Source: Amphiscolops sp. MND2022 (taxonomy: Eukaryota). From it: a stretch of 64,000 nucleotides of DNA. A program made the position numbers and the translations under genes. The notes beneath the pieces were generated by a model. The model had not been told where the DNA came from and did no database searches. It saw only the letters and a list, made by a program, of their open reading frames with translations. How positions within the stretch are numbered: position 1 is the stretch's first letter; each line of letters starts with the position of its first letter. Where the stretch lies: the NCBI GenBank assembly GCA_964187785.1, contig OZ076410.1, positions 15,066,001-15,130,000 of the forward strand, given 5' to 3'. This document shows, piece by piece, positions 34,351 through 48,239 of the stretch.

Positions 34351-37300
34351 ATGACAGCTACTCACTCGAAGTTGGAGAAGCTCTCCTTCTCTGGCAAAGA
34401 CGAGGATTTTGCGGCGTTCAGCGAGCAGTTCGAGGTGAGGATTCACATGCTCAACCAGGTGAAGTGCCTCGAGGACAAGCTGACTGTGCCTGCCTAAAAA
34501 GAAGACGAGACGAGGGGGGAAAAAACTGCCAGGGTCGAAGCAGAGGGCGAGCGGAAGAAGCAGCGCTTCATGGACTGGTGCGAACTTGTTCAGTGCTTGG
34601 ACAAGGCTTCAATCAACTTCATCCGCGTTCACATGCCAGACGGGTTGGAAGCCTGGAAAGCCATTGTGGGGAAGCACCGCAGCACCGAGAGGCTCCGCAT
34701 CCAGACGTTGCTCACTCAGCTGGCTGGATTGAAGATGGCACCAGGGGAGAAGGTGACGACTGATTACCTCCCCAGGGCTGAGAGAATACAGCTGAACCAT
34801 CACGAAGCAGGCGAGATGACTTCCAATGCATTGTTCAGCGCGATGGTGTCGAAGGGCCTTCCTACAACGTTCGATAGCATCGCGACGGTTCTCAAGTTCG
34901 GACCACGAAAGGGCTACGAAGAGATGAAGCAGGACCTCATCAACTTTGCCAACACGAGGGCAGAGCCTGGCACTGACGTGGCTTCAACTGCATTCCACTC
35001 AAGCGGGGGCAACAGCAGCAGGAAGATCACGTGCTTGAAGTGCCAAAAGGAGAGTCACATGGCGAGGGACTGCAGGTCAGAAAAAAGCAGGGCGTGCTTC
35101 AAGTGCAATGCGAAGGGCCATCTTGCAAGGGATTGCAAGAGCAAGAAGGTTCAGTCCAGTGGCACCAGCAGGGGTCCAGAGAAGCAATGCTCCTTTAGCT
35201 TCCGAAGCTTTGAAGGGGCTTCAGAGGAAGGAGGACTCGAGCTATTGGACTCGGGTTGCAACGGGTTCATGCTGAAGGTTAGGACTCTCTTGAAGGAACT
35301 CGACGAAAAATTCAACCCTGATGTGGTCAATGCCAACGGGAGTCGAACACGAGTGGAATGTAGAGGCACAGCACGTTGTGGGGTGCTGGACAGCAAGGGC
35401 ACGATGTGTGAGCTTGAGCTGAAGGAGGCCTTTTGGGTAGCAATTTACACCCGCAACCTGATTTCAGTGAAGAAGCTAGCCGAGCAGGGTGCAAGGGTCA
35501 GCTTCGGGAAGGAAGCCAACATCCGGACACAAGACGGGTCACTTCTTCCTTTGGTTTGTACCAGTGATGACCTTTACACTCTTCTTGTTCTTCCTTTTGT
35601 GTGTAACCTTGGACCAAGAGCGCTCCCAGTGGATCGTCTCCCAGGCATTACACATAGATGTGGAGGGTGCAAGGGTTGGTCACACTGGTTGGGCAGCCAT
35701 GCAGCCCAAAGCCGAACCCTGGTGCAGTGGCACAGGGCACTGGGACACAACAACTTCAAAGATGTGGCACGGCTAACGAAGCTATTAGACGGTATGCAAA
35801 TCCGGAAAGACGGAGCATCAGGGCATTGTGACGCATGCGCAGAAGAGAAGCCCAAGAGTGCTCCTGTGAACAAGGCATCGGGCACCAGAGCGAAGAAGCT
35901 GGACCTTGTTTACACTGATGTGCTGGGGCCAATACATCAGGAGTCATACGAGGGTTTCCGAAGTGCAATCGGGTTCATTGACAGCTACTCTCGATATGTA
36001 CCCAATGCGGACACGAGACGAGATCATTGAGAAGCTGGAATTCTTCATTGCGGACGTGGGCGCACATGGAACCCTGGTCTCGAACGGGGCACAAGAGTAC
36101 AAGTCACGGGGTTTCAACGAGTTGTGTCGCAAGAATGGCATTCGGCAGGAGTACTCAGCACCCTACACTCCACAGGAAAATGGCAAAATTGAGCGCGTGT
36201 GGGGCACTGTCACAGGAATGGCGAGGCGCGTGCTCGAGACGGCGGATCTGCCGAATCTTTCTATGTCAAAAACCGATGTTTTCACACTGCGCACAACAGT
36301 ACGCCTTATGAACGGTTCTTTGGTGAGAGGCCCAACCTGAGTGAGATGCAACCTTTTGGATGTCAAGCGTTTGTGCTCACCGAGGGCAGAAAGAAACTTG
36401 ACAGCAAGGCCCAGACAAGAATCTTTCTGGGGTACTCGAGCAGAAGCAAGTGTTTCATCGTGTGCACTGAAGATGGAACTCCTGAGCGAAAACCGAGCAA
36501 GATGCGGACATCAAAGAACGTAACGTTCAACATGGACTACTTACCAGGAGGCGCTACATCTGTCGACACAGACACGACGATAGATGCGGGGAGACGACCA
36601 TCCAATATGACACTGGTCTTCACGACGTGAAGGGTTAATCACCAGATGTTGAGCAAGTAGAAGTAGCCGACGAAACCATTCCCAACACTGGACACTTGGA
36701 TGACGAGGACCACAACACATAGCCGCAGAGAAGCGATTCAGGGCGACAGCGGAAGAATGTCAGACTGCCTCGGCGACTCGATGACTTCGTTATGGGGTAC
36801 GAGCTCGAGAACCTGACACTACACAGCGAGGCATTGGTGGCATCGACGGTCGCTGGATCCGCAGCCGAGCCTCTGGCTGACCCTAACTGCAAAGCAGCGA
36901 TGCAGCGAGAGTACGATTCTTTGATGACCAACGAGGTGTGGTCTCTGGTTTCACGGCCAACGGAGCGACAGCTGATCACTGGGGAGTGGCACTTTGCGGT
37001 GAAAGTCAACGAGGACGGCAAAGTGACAGAGTACAAGGCATGTTTTGTTGCGCGGGGCTTCACGCAGACACCTGGCTTAGACTACCACGAGACGTACTCA
37101 CCAACGGTCAGACTGTCAACATTGAGAACAATGCTTGCGTGCGGCGTGATACCGGGCATCAAGTTCCGGCAAATGGACATAAAGACAGCCTACCTCAAAG
37201 CACCCATAGACAAAGAGATTTTTCTGGAGCAGCCTCAAGGGTTCAAGCAGGGTGACGACGACATGGCCTGTAAACTGAACAGATCGCTATACAGACTCGA

Positions 37301-40300
37301 ACAATCAGGGCGCAATTGTTACGAGTGACTATCGCAACAACTGGATTAGCTGGGGTTTCACTCTTCGCATCACGAGAAGTGTCTTTGGACACAGAAGAGG
37401 GGCGACCATCATTGCTGGGCACTGGTGTGGGTTGACGACATCGTTTACGGTTCAACCGACGAGGACTTTGGACGATGGTAGGAGGCAGATGGGGGCAAAC
37501 AGTTCACAATTGGGGACTTTGGCTCTCTTGCGTGGTTCCTGGGCATTGCATTCAAATCAGATCAAGATGATTTGACGTTGAGCCACAAGCTGTACATATC
37601 AAACTTCTCCTTACCAGAGAAATGTGCACTCAGCAAAGACGACCAGCTAGAAAACGGTTCAGAGGATGCTTCTAAGATAACTGGATGCGACTACCCAGGT
37701 CTAGTGGGGAGCATCTCTTACCTGGCGGTGACGACAAGACCTGACGTGGCATTTGCACCTCATCTCCTATCGAGGTTCCTCAACAATCATAGTCTGGTTC
37801 ACTGGCAGGCGGCGAAACATGTGTTGCGGTACCTCAGGGGCTCCGAAGACGTGGGCATCACATACTGGCGGAACTGCGAGGCACACTTGACAGGGTACTC
37901 AGACGCGGACTACGCGAGCTGCAAGGACGACCGCGAAAGCGTGACTAGATACTTTTTCAGCTACGGGAGTGGCGCAATCTCGTGGTCAGCGAAGAAACAG
38001 AAAAAAAAGACTACGCGAGCTGCAAGGACGACCGCGAAAGCGTGACTAGATACTTTTTCAGCTACGGGAGTGGCGCAATCTCGTGGTCAGCGAAGAAACA
38101 GAATGCGTGGACCAAGAGCGCTCCCAGTGGATCGTCTCCCAGGCATTACACATAGATGTGGAGGGTGCAAGGGTTGGTCACACTGGTTGGGCAGCCATGC
38201 AGCCCAAAGCCGAACCCTGGTGCAGTGGCACAGGGCACTGGGACACAACAACTTCAAAGATGTGGCACGGCTAACGAAGCTATTAGACGGTATGCAAATC
38301 CGGAAAGACGGAGCATCAGGGCATTGTGACGCATGCGCAGAAGAGAAGCCCAAGAGTGCTCCTGTGAACAAGGCATCGGGCACCAGAGCGAAGAAGCTGG
38401 ACCTTGTTCACACTGATGTGCTGGGGCCAATACATCAGGAGTCATACGAGGGTTTCCGAAGTGCAATCGGGTTCATTGACAGCTACTCTCGATATGTACC
38501 CAATGCGGACACGAGACGAGATCATTGAGAAGCTGGAATTCTTCATTGCGGACGTGGGCGCACATGGAACCCTGGTCTCGAACGGGGCACAAGAGTACAA
38601 GTCACGGGGTTTCAACGAGTTGTGTCGCAAGAATGGCATTCGGCAGGAGTACTCAGCATCCTACACTCCACAGGAAAATGGCAAAATTGAGCGCGTGTGG
38701 GGCACTGTCACAGGAATGGCGAGGCGCGTGCTCGAGACGGCGGATCTGCCGAATCTTTCTATGTCAAAAACCGATGTTTTCACACTGCGCACAACAGTAC
38801 GCCTTATGAACGGTTCTTTGGTGAGAGGCCCAACCTGAGTGAGATGCAACCTTTTGGATGTCAAGCGTTTGTGCTCACCGAGGGCAGAAAGAAACTTGAC
38901 AGCAAGGCCCAGACAAGAATCTTTTTGGGGTACTCGAGCAGAAGCAAGTGTTTCATCGTGTGCACTGAAGATGGAACTCCTGAGCGAAAACCGAGCAAGA
39001 TGCGGCATCAAAGAACGTAACGTTCAACATGGACTACTTACCAGGAGGCGCTACATCTGTCGACACAGACACGACGATAGATGCGGGGAGACGACCATCC
39101 AATATGACACTGGTCTTCACGACGTGAAGGGTTAATCACCAGATGTTGAGCAAGTAGAAGTAGCCGACGAAACCATTCCCAACACTGGACACTTGGATGA
39201 CGAGGACCACAACACATAGCCGCAGAGAAGCGATTCAGGGCGACAGCGGAAGAATGTCAGACTGCCTCGGCGACTCGATGACTTCGTTATGGGGTACGAG
39301 CTCGAGAACCTGACACTACACAGCGAGGCATTGGTGGCATCGACGGTCGCTGGATCCGCAGCCGAGCCTCTGGCTGACCCTAACTGCAAAGCAGCGATGC
39401 AGCGAGAGTACGATTCTTTGATGACGAACGAGGTGTGGTCTCTGGTTTCACGGCCAACGGAGCGACAGCTGATCACTGGGGAGTGGCACTTTGCGGTGAA
39501 AGTCAACGAGGACGGCAAAGTGACAGAGTACAAGGCATGTTTTGTTGCGCGGGGCTTCACGCAGACACCTGGCTTAGACTACCACGAGACGTACTCACCA
39601 ACGGTCAGACTGTCAACATTGAGAAGAATGCTTGCGTGCGGCGTGATACCGGGCATCAAGTTCCGGCAAATGGACATAAAGACAGCCTACCTCAAAGCAC
39701 CCATAGACAAAGAGATTTTTCTGGAGCAGCCTCAAGGGTTCAAGCAGGGTGACGACGACATGGCCTGTAAACTGAACAGATCGCTATACAGACTCGAACA
39801 ATCAGGGCGCAATTGTTACGAGTGACTATCGCAACAACTGGATTAGCTGGGGTTTCACTCTTCGCATCACGAGAAGTGTCTTTGGACACAGAAGAGGGGC
39901 GACCATCATTGCTGGGCACTGGTGTGGGTTGACGACATCGTTTACGGTTCAACCGACGAGGACTTTGGACGATGGTAGGAGGCAGATGGGGGCAAACAGT
40001 TCACAATTGGGGACTTTGGCTCTCTTGCGTGGTTCCTGGGCATTGCATTCAAATCAGATCAAGATGATTTGACGTTGAGCCACAAGCTGTACATATCAAA
40101 CTTCTCCTTACCAGAGAAATGTGCACTCAGCAAAGACGACCAGCTAGAAAACGGTTCAGAGGATGCTTCTAAGATAACTGGATGCGACTACCCAGGTCTA
40201 GTGGGGAGCATCTCTTACCTGGCGGTGACGACAAGACCTGACGTGGCATTTGCACCTCATCTCCTATCGAGGTTCCTCAACAATCATAGTCTGGTTCACT

Positions 40301-40847
40301 GGCAGGCGGCGAAACATGTGTTGCGGTACCTCAGGGGCTCCGAAGACGTGGGCATCACATACTGGCGGAACTGCGAGGCACACTTGACAGGGTACTCAGA
40401 CGCGGACTACGCGAGCTGCAAGGACGACCGCGAAAGCGTGACTAGATACTTTTTCAGCTACGGGAGTGGCGCAATCTCGTGGTCAGCGAAGAAACAGAAT
40501 GCGTGGCCACATCAACGACAGAAGCAGAGGTTCACGCACTGAGCGAAGCGGTTAAGGAAGCACTTCATTTACAAGGGATCCTGGAGTGCATTGGCGAGAC
40601 AAAACAAACAACCATTCCCAGCGACTTCCAATCGTGTTTGGCACTAGTCTCGAAGGACGATAGTAGCTACAAGGCGAAACACTTCGCCACCTGCCTAGCG
40701 TTCCTCAAGGACACGGCCAAGAGCAGGGAGCGAGGAATTGACTTGAAGTTTGTCTCATCAGCAGACATAATGGCGGATTTATTCACAAAAGGATTGGCCA
40801 GACTCAAGACGATACTGCATACGAAGGGACTTTCAGCCAAGCGGGGG
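34351..40847 (+). pseudogene. Copia gag-pol polyprotein with stops, frameshifts and a duplicated integrase-RT segment
   Basis: ATG at 34351 (MTATHSKLEKLSFSGKDEDF); fragments in track ORFs 34570, 35906, 36199, 36792, 37572 and duplicates 38070-40859. Confidence 0.9.
35610..40505 (+). repeat. Tandem duplication inside the copia (35610-38002 repeated at 38108-40500) plus ~95-bp junction duplicate (37908-38002 at 38009-38103)
   Basis: Direct comparison, offset ~2498 bp, only a handful of differences. Confidence 0.95.
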
Positions 40848-41082
40848 TGTCAGGTCTAGATGGCTGAAAGCCGACCAGCTGACTGACTGACCTGCAATCG
40901 ATGAAACGATTGAGGTCAAAGTAGATAGCAGACGTGACAGGTACCTGCCAGACAGTGAACTGAATTGTACTTTTTCTGGCATCTGCTCTGACCTGTAAAA
41001 AATAGTATTTATATCGCTTCCGATTTCATATGTGTCGTTCTAATATTCAATTCAATTAATAACCACTGCATCAATTTTGAGA
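40848..41082 (+). repeat. Copia 3' LTR (235 bp)
   Basis: Preceded by PPT, followed by TSD CCAAA (41083-41087). Confidence 0.9.
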
Positions 41083-43905
41083 CCAAATAAAAAGCTGATC
41101 CTCGCTTTCAGGAAGAGTAGAGGAAAGATCCATTCGGAATTCAATTCCGCAGACTCAGCAGCGGATATAATTCAAAATTGGAATAAAGAAGCTATGGATA
41201 CAGATACTAGAGTTACAAACCCCAGAGGTAACTGCCGGCAAAAAGCTGTAATTATGAGAGGAGTCGACACAGGACTCAGCGTTGAGACGCTGGTGGAACA
41301 AATTTCAAAGCAACTCCACCCAGACACCGAAAAGGTCACAATCAGATGTTTCATCAAAAAACCTGATAATGCCAGAACAATCACAGTCAAAATTGACTTA
41401 CAAGAAAGAACTATGTTAGAGACAGCATTAGCAAACGGCCTTTTTTTCAACCAGCTGTTTTTTAGACCTAGTTAAAACGTCGAGGAACCAGATATTCACG
41501 TGAACAGATGCTTCAAAAGCCAGAAATTCTGCCAAAAGGCATCATCTTGCAAATTGGGTCAAAAATGTGGTAAATGCGAGGAAAATTATAACACCGATAG
41601 CTGTCACCAATCGGAACAAAGTTACAATTGTGTCAATTGTCTGGAACAACGCTTTTCATCGAAAGAATAACAAGGCCCTGTCTACCTGAAGATCGTGGAG
41701 AAGTTGTATCAGAGCCAATTGGTACCCATACCAAAACCATTACAGGAAAAAATTGACAGACTCATCGCCGAATACAAATGGCCCGCATAATGCAAGTATA
41801 ATTGGCGGAGTTCAGCACTCATAGCTCAACCGCGTTTACTTTTTACCAGAACCATGGAAAGCCCCATGCAGTGATTTTAAGGGAGACTCACCGAGAACTA
41901 GCAGCACATGAAATCCATAATTACTCTGCGATTAGCTACTGTGGGACGACCGGTCAGGGAGGAGTTCCAATTTTAGTCAGGAAAGATATCACACACGAAC
42001 CGAAAATCGTCAACGCCTCAATTGACTCTGTGTGGACCATTGTCACTATCAACAGAATATCAAATATTGGGAGCCGTTTATATACCACCAACCAGCTCAC
42101 CGAAACTAAAAACCTTTATCAGACAGCTCGAGGAAGCTTTGACCTTTTCCACTAGACACAACCTCGAACTTCTGCTAGCGGGTGACATCAATGCTAGAGA
42201 CCCAATGTGGGGAGACAGATCAACAAATGAGCACGGCAGAACTTTAGTGAACGCACTACACGACTCCTCCAGGATGCTAAAGGTCATCAACGACGGACAA
42301 GTCATCAGAACGGATAGATTTCGAGACAATGGACTCCGATTCCGCATGGTTGCTACTGAAAGAAGCGATTCAAACTGCTTCAGAACAACATATTACCGTG
42401 AAAAAGGTCTGTTGCTTTTTGAAGCTGTATTGGTGCGAAGAAGTCAGTCCGAAAACTACCGATACAGTAGCTCGGCGCATAACCTCAACCTTTTGAGAGA
42501 GCTTCAACAACCTTTTCAATATATGGTAAATGCTAAAGCAAACGAATACTTCAAAAGTTCCATCAAAGACGTTAACTATAGTCACTCAAAGGAATTTGGA
42601 AGCGTGTAAATAAGCTTTTGACGGACAAGGTAGATGCTGGAGTTTCCACGTTGTTGAAAGAGACCAAATTCCACTCCGCTGAAAAAGACAAAACAGATAT
42701 ACTTTGTGGAACTTTTTTCACTGGAAAACATTTGGAGAAACTCAGCGTCAACGAAGAATTCAAGCTATTTGTAGAAAAAACATTACAACAATCCCTACAT
42801 TCCGAAAGACCCGAAATAAAAAGTGACAGGTAGTTTAACTGCGACTTCTCCTTCGAAGGACTGGAATACTTTCTGCGTTTTTTTGAAAACATCGAGAAAG
42901 TTCCTCAATAACGACAACATCCATCCCAAAATGATCAAGTACGCAGGACCCCGATATAAAGACGTCCTTCTTCACATTGCAAACAGAACACTGAATGAAA
43001 ATGACGGCCGTGGAATCAATCAAAAGTGATTTTTTTTGAGCAAGCAAGGTGAAGCAGACTACACAACACCATTAGCGTATCGGCCGATAACAATCTCCAG
43101 CTATATCGGAAAAATTGTGGAGATATTATTGGATGCCAGACTGAGAAGCTTCTTAAAAATTCAACCTGATAGACGAAGAGCAGGAAGGCTTCCAGTCTCA
43201 CAAGAGAACAGTAAGGTCGTTGTTAAGGTTGAAAATGGAAAGTCAAGAGAAGAGAATGAGCAAAAAATGGCGCCTTGATATCCATTGGCTTCGGGAAGTC
43301 CTTCGATTCCGTATGGATCATTATACTGCTCCAAAAACAATATCATTCGGGAGTTAGAGATAAAGTCATTAAACTGATTGAAATTAAATTGAAAAGCCAA
43401 CAACTTAGCATAAAGCACGGTAATCCGAGAAGCCAATACTTTGGAGCCGAAGATGGACTCCCACAAGGTAGTGTGTCTTCACCAATTTTGTTGATTTTTT
43501 TTTCGTTTCCGACATGTCCAAAAAACTCAACTGTAAAAAGTTCAAATTCACTGACGATGCAAACCTCCTAGTGACAGGAAACACTGAAACGCAAGTCTAC
43601 CTGAACTGTCGAATTTTTCTCAAACAACTGGAACGGTGGTGCAAAATTTGTAGGATCGCAGTCCATTGTGATAAGACGTCAATACTCTACCTCAACAGTG
43701 AGAACATGCACGCCCTGAAGTTTTTCGGCGAGGCCTGCAATGTCACCAGAAACAAAAAAATCCTGGGTTTGATTGTGGACAACAAACAGAATTTCGGCGA
43801 ACATCTACAACGGGTAAAAAGAAAGTTGTCAAGCAGCTGAATATATTTTAAAAATTTTGCGGGTCTAATTGGGGTCTACAGCATGCAACGCTTATGAAGC
43901 TTTAC
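41083..43905 (+). mobile_element. Degraded I-group LINE: ORF1 remainder with zinc knuckles and deleted ORF2
   Basis: RCFK..KF...C...CGKC...C.NC; APE GDINARDPMWG; RT YRPITISSYIGK, GLPQGSV.SP, FTDD. Confidence 0.85.
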
Positions 43906-45541
43906 AGTACAGGTAAAAGGAAGAAGAGAGGAAAACTCCATTTGGAGTTCAATTTCACAGAAAGCAAAAATGCAAAATTGGATGCAAAGTTGGAATAAAG
44001 TTGCAATGGGTTCATATACTAGTTACAAACCCCAGAGGTAAACGCCGGAAAAATGATCTGATTATAACAGGAGTCGACACAGGAATCAGCGACGAGACGC
44101 TGGTGGAACAAATTTCACAGCAACTGCACCCAGACACTGAAAAGGTCACAATCAGATGTTTCATCAAAAAACCTGATAATGCCACAACAATCACAGTCAA
44201 AATTGATTTACAAGAAAGAACTATGTTAGAGACAACATTACCAAACGGCCTTTTGTCAACCAGCTGTTTTTCAGACCTAGTGAATACGTCGAGGAACCAG
44301 ATTTTCACGTGACCAGATGCTTCAAATGCCAGAAATTCGGCCAAAAAGAACTCTAGTGAACGCCCTACACCACGACTCCTCCAGGGTGCTAATTGTCATC
44401 AACGACGGACAACCTACTTTTGTGTCAACTAACAGGAGCAGTGTTATCGACCTCTTTATCACGTCAGCGAGACTAACTGAAATTACAAACTTCGTTATGG
44501 TAGACCACGTGACGGAGTTTCCGCCTGGTGCTCCGACCAGGGGACACCTTCCCGTATGGCTGAACATGAAGGGAGATGACACAAAAGAAGTCAAACTTAA
44601 AAAAGACCTGCAGAACGCCCATTGGGAAGGATTCTACGAGTGTGTAGAAAACGCTCTATCAGAAGAGATAGATTTCATGACAATAGACGCCGATTCCTCA
44701 TGGTTGCTACTGAAAGAAGCAACTCAAACTGCTTTAGAACAACATATTCCAGTCAAGAAGGTCTGTTGCTTTCGAAATCGTATTGGTGCGATGAACTCAG
44801 TCAGAAAACTACCACTACCGTAGCTCGGCGCATAACCTCAAGCTTTTGAGAGAGCTTCAACGATCCTTTCAAATTATGGTAAAAGATAAAACAAACGAAT
44901 ACTTCAAAAGCTTCATCGAAGACGTTAACTATAGTCACTCAAAGGAATTTGGAAGCGTGTCAATAACTTTTTGACAGACAAGGTCGATGCTGGAGTTTCC
45001 CCGTTCTGGAAAGAGAACGACTTCCACCTCGCTGAAAAAGACAAAGCAGATATATTTCGTGAATTTTTTTTCACTGAAAATTTTTGGAGAAACTCGGCTT
45101 CAGCGAAGAAGTCAAGCTACACGTAGAAAATACATTACAACAAAGCCTACGTTCCAAAAGACCCGAAAAAAAAGTGACAGGTGGTTCAACTGCGACTTCA
45201 CTCTCGAAAAACTGGAATACTTTCTACAATTTTTGAAAACTTCGGGAAAGTCTCTCAAAAACGACAACATCCATCACAAAATGATCAAGTACGCAGGACC
45301 CTGATATAAAGAAGTACTTCTTGACATTGCAAACAGAACACTGAATGAAAATCACTGACCGTGGAATCAATCAAAAATGATACTTTTAAGCAAGCAAGGT
45401 AAAGAAGACTACACAAAACCATTAGCGTATCGGATGATAACAATCTCCAGCTATATCAGAAAAATTGTGGAAGGATTATTGGATGCCAGACTGAGAAGCT
45501 TCTTAAAAAATTCAACTTGATAGACGAAGAGTAGGAAGGCT
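43906..45541 (+). mobile_element. Second, diverged and differently deleted copy of the same I-group LINE
   Basis: Repeats 41110 onward (GVDTG.S.ETLVEQIS.QLHPDTEKVTIRCFIKKPD); retains PTFVSTNRSSVIDL, which the first copy lacks; ends at gap. Confidence 0.85.
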
Positions 45542-45741
45542 NNNNNNNNNNNNNNNNNNNNNNNNNNNNNNNNNNNNNNNNNNNNNNNNNNNNNNNNNNN
45601 NNNNNNNNNNNNNNNNNNNNNNNNNNNNNNNNNNNNNNNNNNNNNNNNNNNNNNNNNNNNNNNNNNNNNNNNNNNNNNNNNNNNNNNNNNNNNNNNNNNN
45701 NNNNNNNNNNNNNNNNNNNNNNNNNNNNNNNNNNNNNNNNN
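45542..45741. other. Assembly gap
   Basis: Run of 200 N. Confidence 1.
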
Positions 45742-48239
45742 TAAAGTCTGTTATTATATATATATTATATCAAAAATTTGAAGTGAGACCCTTAGGAAAA
45801 ATTTTTAAAGGCATTTTTTACCTTTGTGAATGAAATCAGCTCTCAGGCTCGTCAATACAAGAAATTTCCTTGTCGTTTATTTCTTGCTATAGTTTAAACA
45901 AACTCTGATCTTGCTTTTCTTGAAGATTCCATGTCTTCACAATGTCGTCAGAACACAACTGTTGTTCTCCTGCAGATATTTCAACACTAGATAGAACAGT
46001 CTCATACCTGGTACATCCTTCGGAAAATTTTCGTTCAGACAAACGTCTTGCCCTCTGTTCTACTTGGACTTGAGAAAGGGTTTTCATGATTTTAATTGGC
46101 GTTAGGGCCGACTAAACTTCGTGTGGTAGATTTCTTACATAGATTACTTGTGGTAGATTTCTTGGTAGAAAAAATCAGTGTTTGCAAGTCTTCAGGTGAT
46201 TTGATTCAAGCATAAAAAAGCGAATTTAGCTAGCCACATGTTCAGTTTCCCACAAAATCAAGTAAACGTTTCCTTACCTAAGCTGACTTTCTCGTAAATC
46301 TTTGACTCCAAAGTGAAAGTGCATAACAAAGGCTAATTGTTGATCATCACATGTTTCATTGAAAAGTCGTTCACGAGTTTCTTGAATGACACCTTGTATA
46401 TTAGAGTTGGTAGGTGAACATCGTCGGAAAATTTCATGGCCCTGGGGTCATCTAATGACGATTAACGGAACTTCGGGGTGTGTCTCGGGGGCAATCATTT
46501 CCAATAATTTCATGAGTTTTTACGTGCTTCGCCGACGCGCCTGCTAACTGTTCGGTTCCGTTTTTTTAAAGGAGTACCATAACAGCTCAGGTATACATGT
46601 GCCCATTTTGAGGTCTCTACAACTAATAATTGTTGAAAAATTGGATTTAGGCTAAATGGCGGGCGTTTTTTGATTTTGTGATGACTGGTTTTTCATAGTG
46701 AATCTTGGACAATTTTCGACCAAAAGTAAAACTTCGCTCCTAGCGATCAACTCTGACTTAGCCATTGCGAACAAGTTCATCGCTAACGTCAATTCTATGT
46801 GTATTTAAGTCGTGAAAAGTATCGTCTACTAAATAAACACCGAGATTGCCAAATAAGGTTTAATAAAACAGATTGCAATCAACCTTTACTGCTGCTTTTA
46901 CTCTTTCGGCGAATCTACAAACGTGATTAACATAGTTCTGTCCATCGTCTTGGCTTCACGCAAAACAATGGGAGTTATACAAAAACACCAGATCTAAAAA
47001 TTCCACAATCCGAATAACCGAACAATTAACAGTATCGGGAATCGAACCCGTTGATTCTAGCGCGCTTCCTGTTTCGCGAAACTGCCGTGTTATTGGACGG
47101 TCTAAATTTAATCATGTTCTGATTTGCTTCGCAACAATCACCGTGATTCATTGTTCGGGCCCTTTGTGAATCTCCATTGAAAGTTTTTCGAACGACGCTT
47201 TTGCCACTTGATCAACAATCCTAGAAAGAAACCTAATCTCAACTGAATGTTTGTGTTATACTTTATTGCATAACCTGGGGTGAGACCAACCTTCGTTTTC
47301 TGTTGAAACTCTCTTTAGACGTTGCCTTTGGACTGAAATTTTAGTGACAAGATTTTGCTTTCGACGTTTTTCGACTTCATCATGCAATATCGCAAAAAAT
47401 GCAGCGTTTGAAACAAAAAACCCAAATTTTCTACCCCTGACTCAGATGGCTAGTTTTTTATACCTTTTTTTAAACGCCCTTCTAAAGAATTGTCACATCA
47501 AAAGGATCACAAAACGCAAATTTTTCAAATTTCGCCGAAAAGTTATCCTTTCGACGGACTCACAATTGTTCTTGGCTGTTTCTTTTTCGAAAAACAATTT
47601 CGGAAAAGAAGTCTTGAGTATGAAAGCTGAAGAACGGTGTCAATGCTACAAAAATTATCAATAAACTTTTCCCTCTGAGCAGTTGTTTTTCAGATGTTGC
47701 TTGATGAAGTACAAAAAATACTCTTGTATTTCAGATCCATTTGGAAAAATTTTGGCTTCTGGGACTTGTTCGTCAAATGCATGTCCTGACAACTAACTCG
47801 CTGGTGATATTAGCTGTCTATAGATGTTTGGTACAATAGTGTTTTTGTCGCACACTAGAATCGTTGAGGCACACATTTTAACCAGGTGATTTCAACATTT
47901 GAAAATACTAACTACCATTCTAATTTTATAATCAAATAGCTATCGTACAAGATTCAATTTCTACATCGAATACTTTGAAAACAGTTGACATATTGGGCTA
48001 GTCACTTTAAAACCACAATTTCAAGCCGACCATTTTTTGATCAGTTGCCTGAAAATTGGGCAGGTTAGAACATCACAGTGCACTGATCTAGGAAAGCAGA
48101 TCTCGAATAGGAAAAATGAACTTTGTTTGTTTTGGAGACACTTTATTTGATCAAAAATGCATCATATTTGTCACAAGTTTGTCACAAGTCAACATTAAAA
48201 TGCGAAAATTTACAACAGACTGCTCAAGAAGCACTTTTC

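Larger units (their letters stand above)
33998..41082 (+). mobile_element. Ty1/copia LTR retrotransposon, full length but defective, with internal 2.5-kb duplication
   Basis: Two LTRs, 5-bp TSD CCAAA, PBS GGTTATGGGCCCAG, PPT AAGCGGGGG; gag CCHC knuckles, protease LLDSG, integrase (YTPQENG), RT (WVDD), RNase H (GYSDADYA) in copia order. Confidence 0.95.

Noticed and set aside
33185-39952. Many short antisense or alternate-frame ORFs in the track over the copia and LINEs
   Set aside because: Shadow ORFs of GC-richer retroelement coding sequence with no independent motifs
46560-47340. Kolobok-like element starting TTAAAGGAG and a lone B box at ~47040
   Set aside because: No matching opposite end or TSD and no A box found
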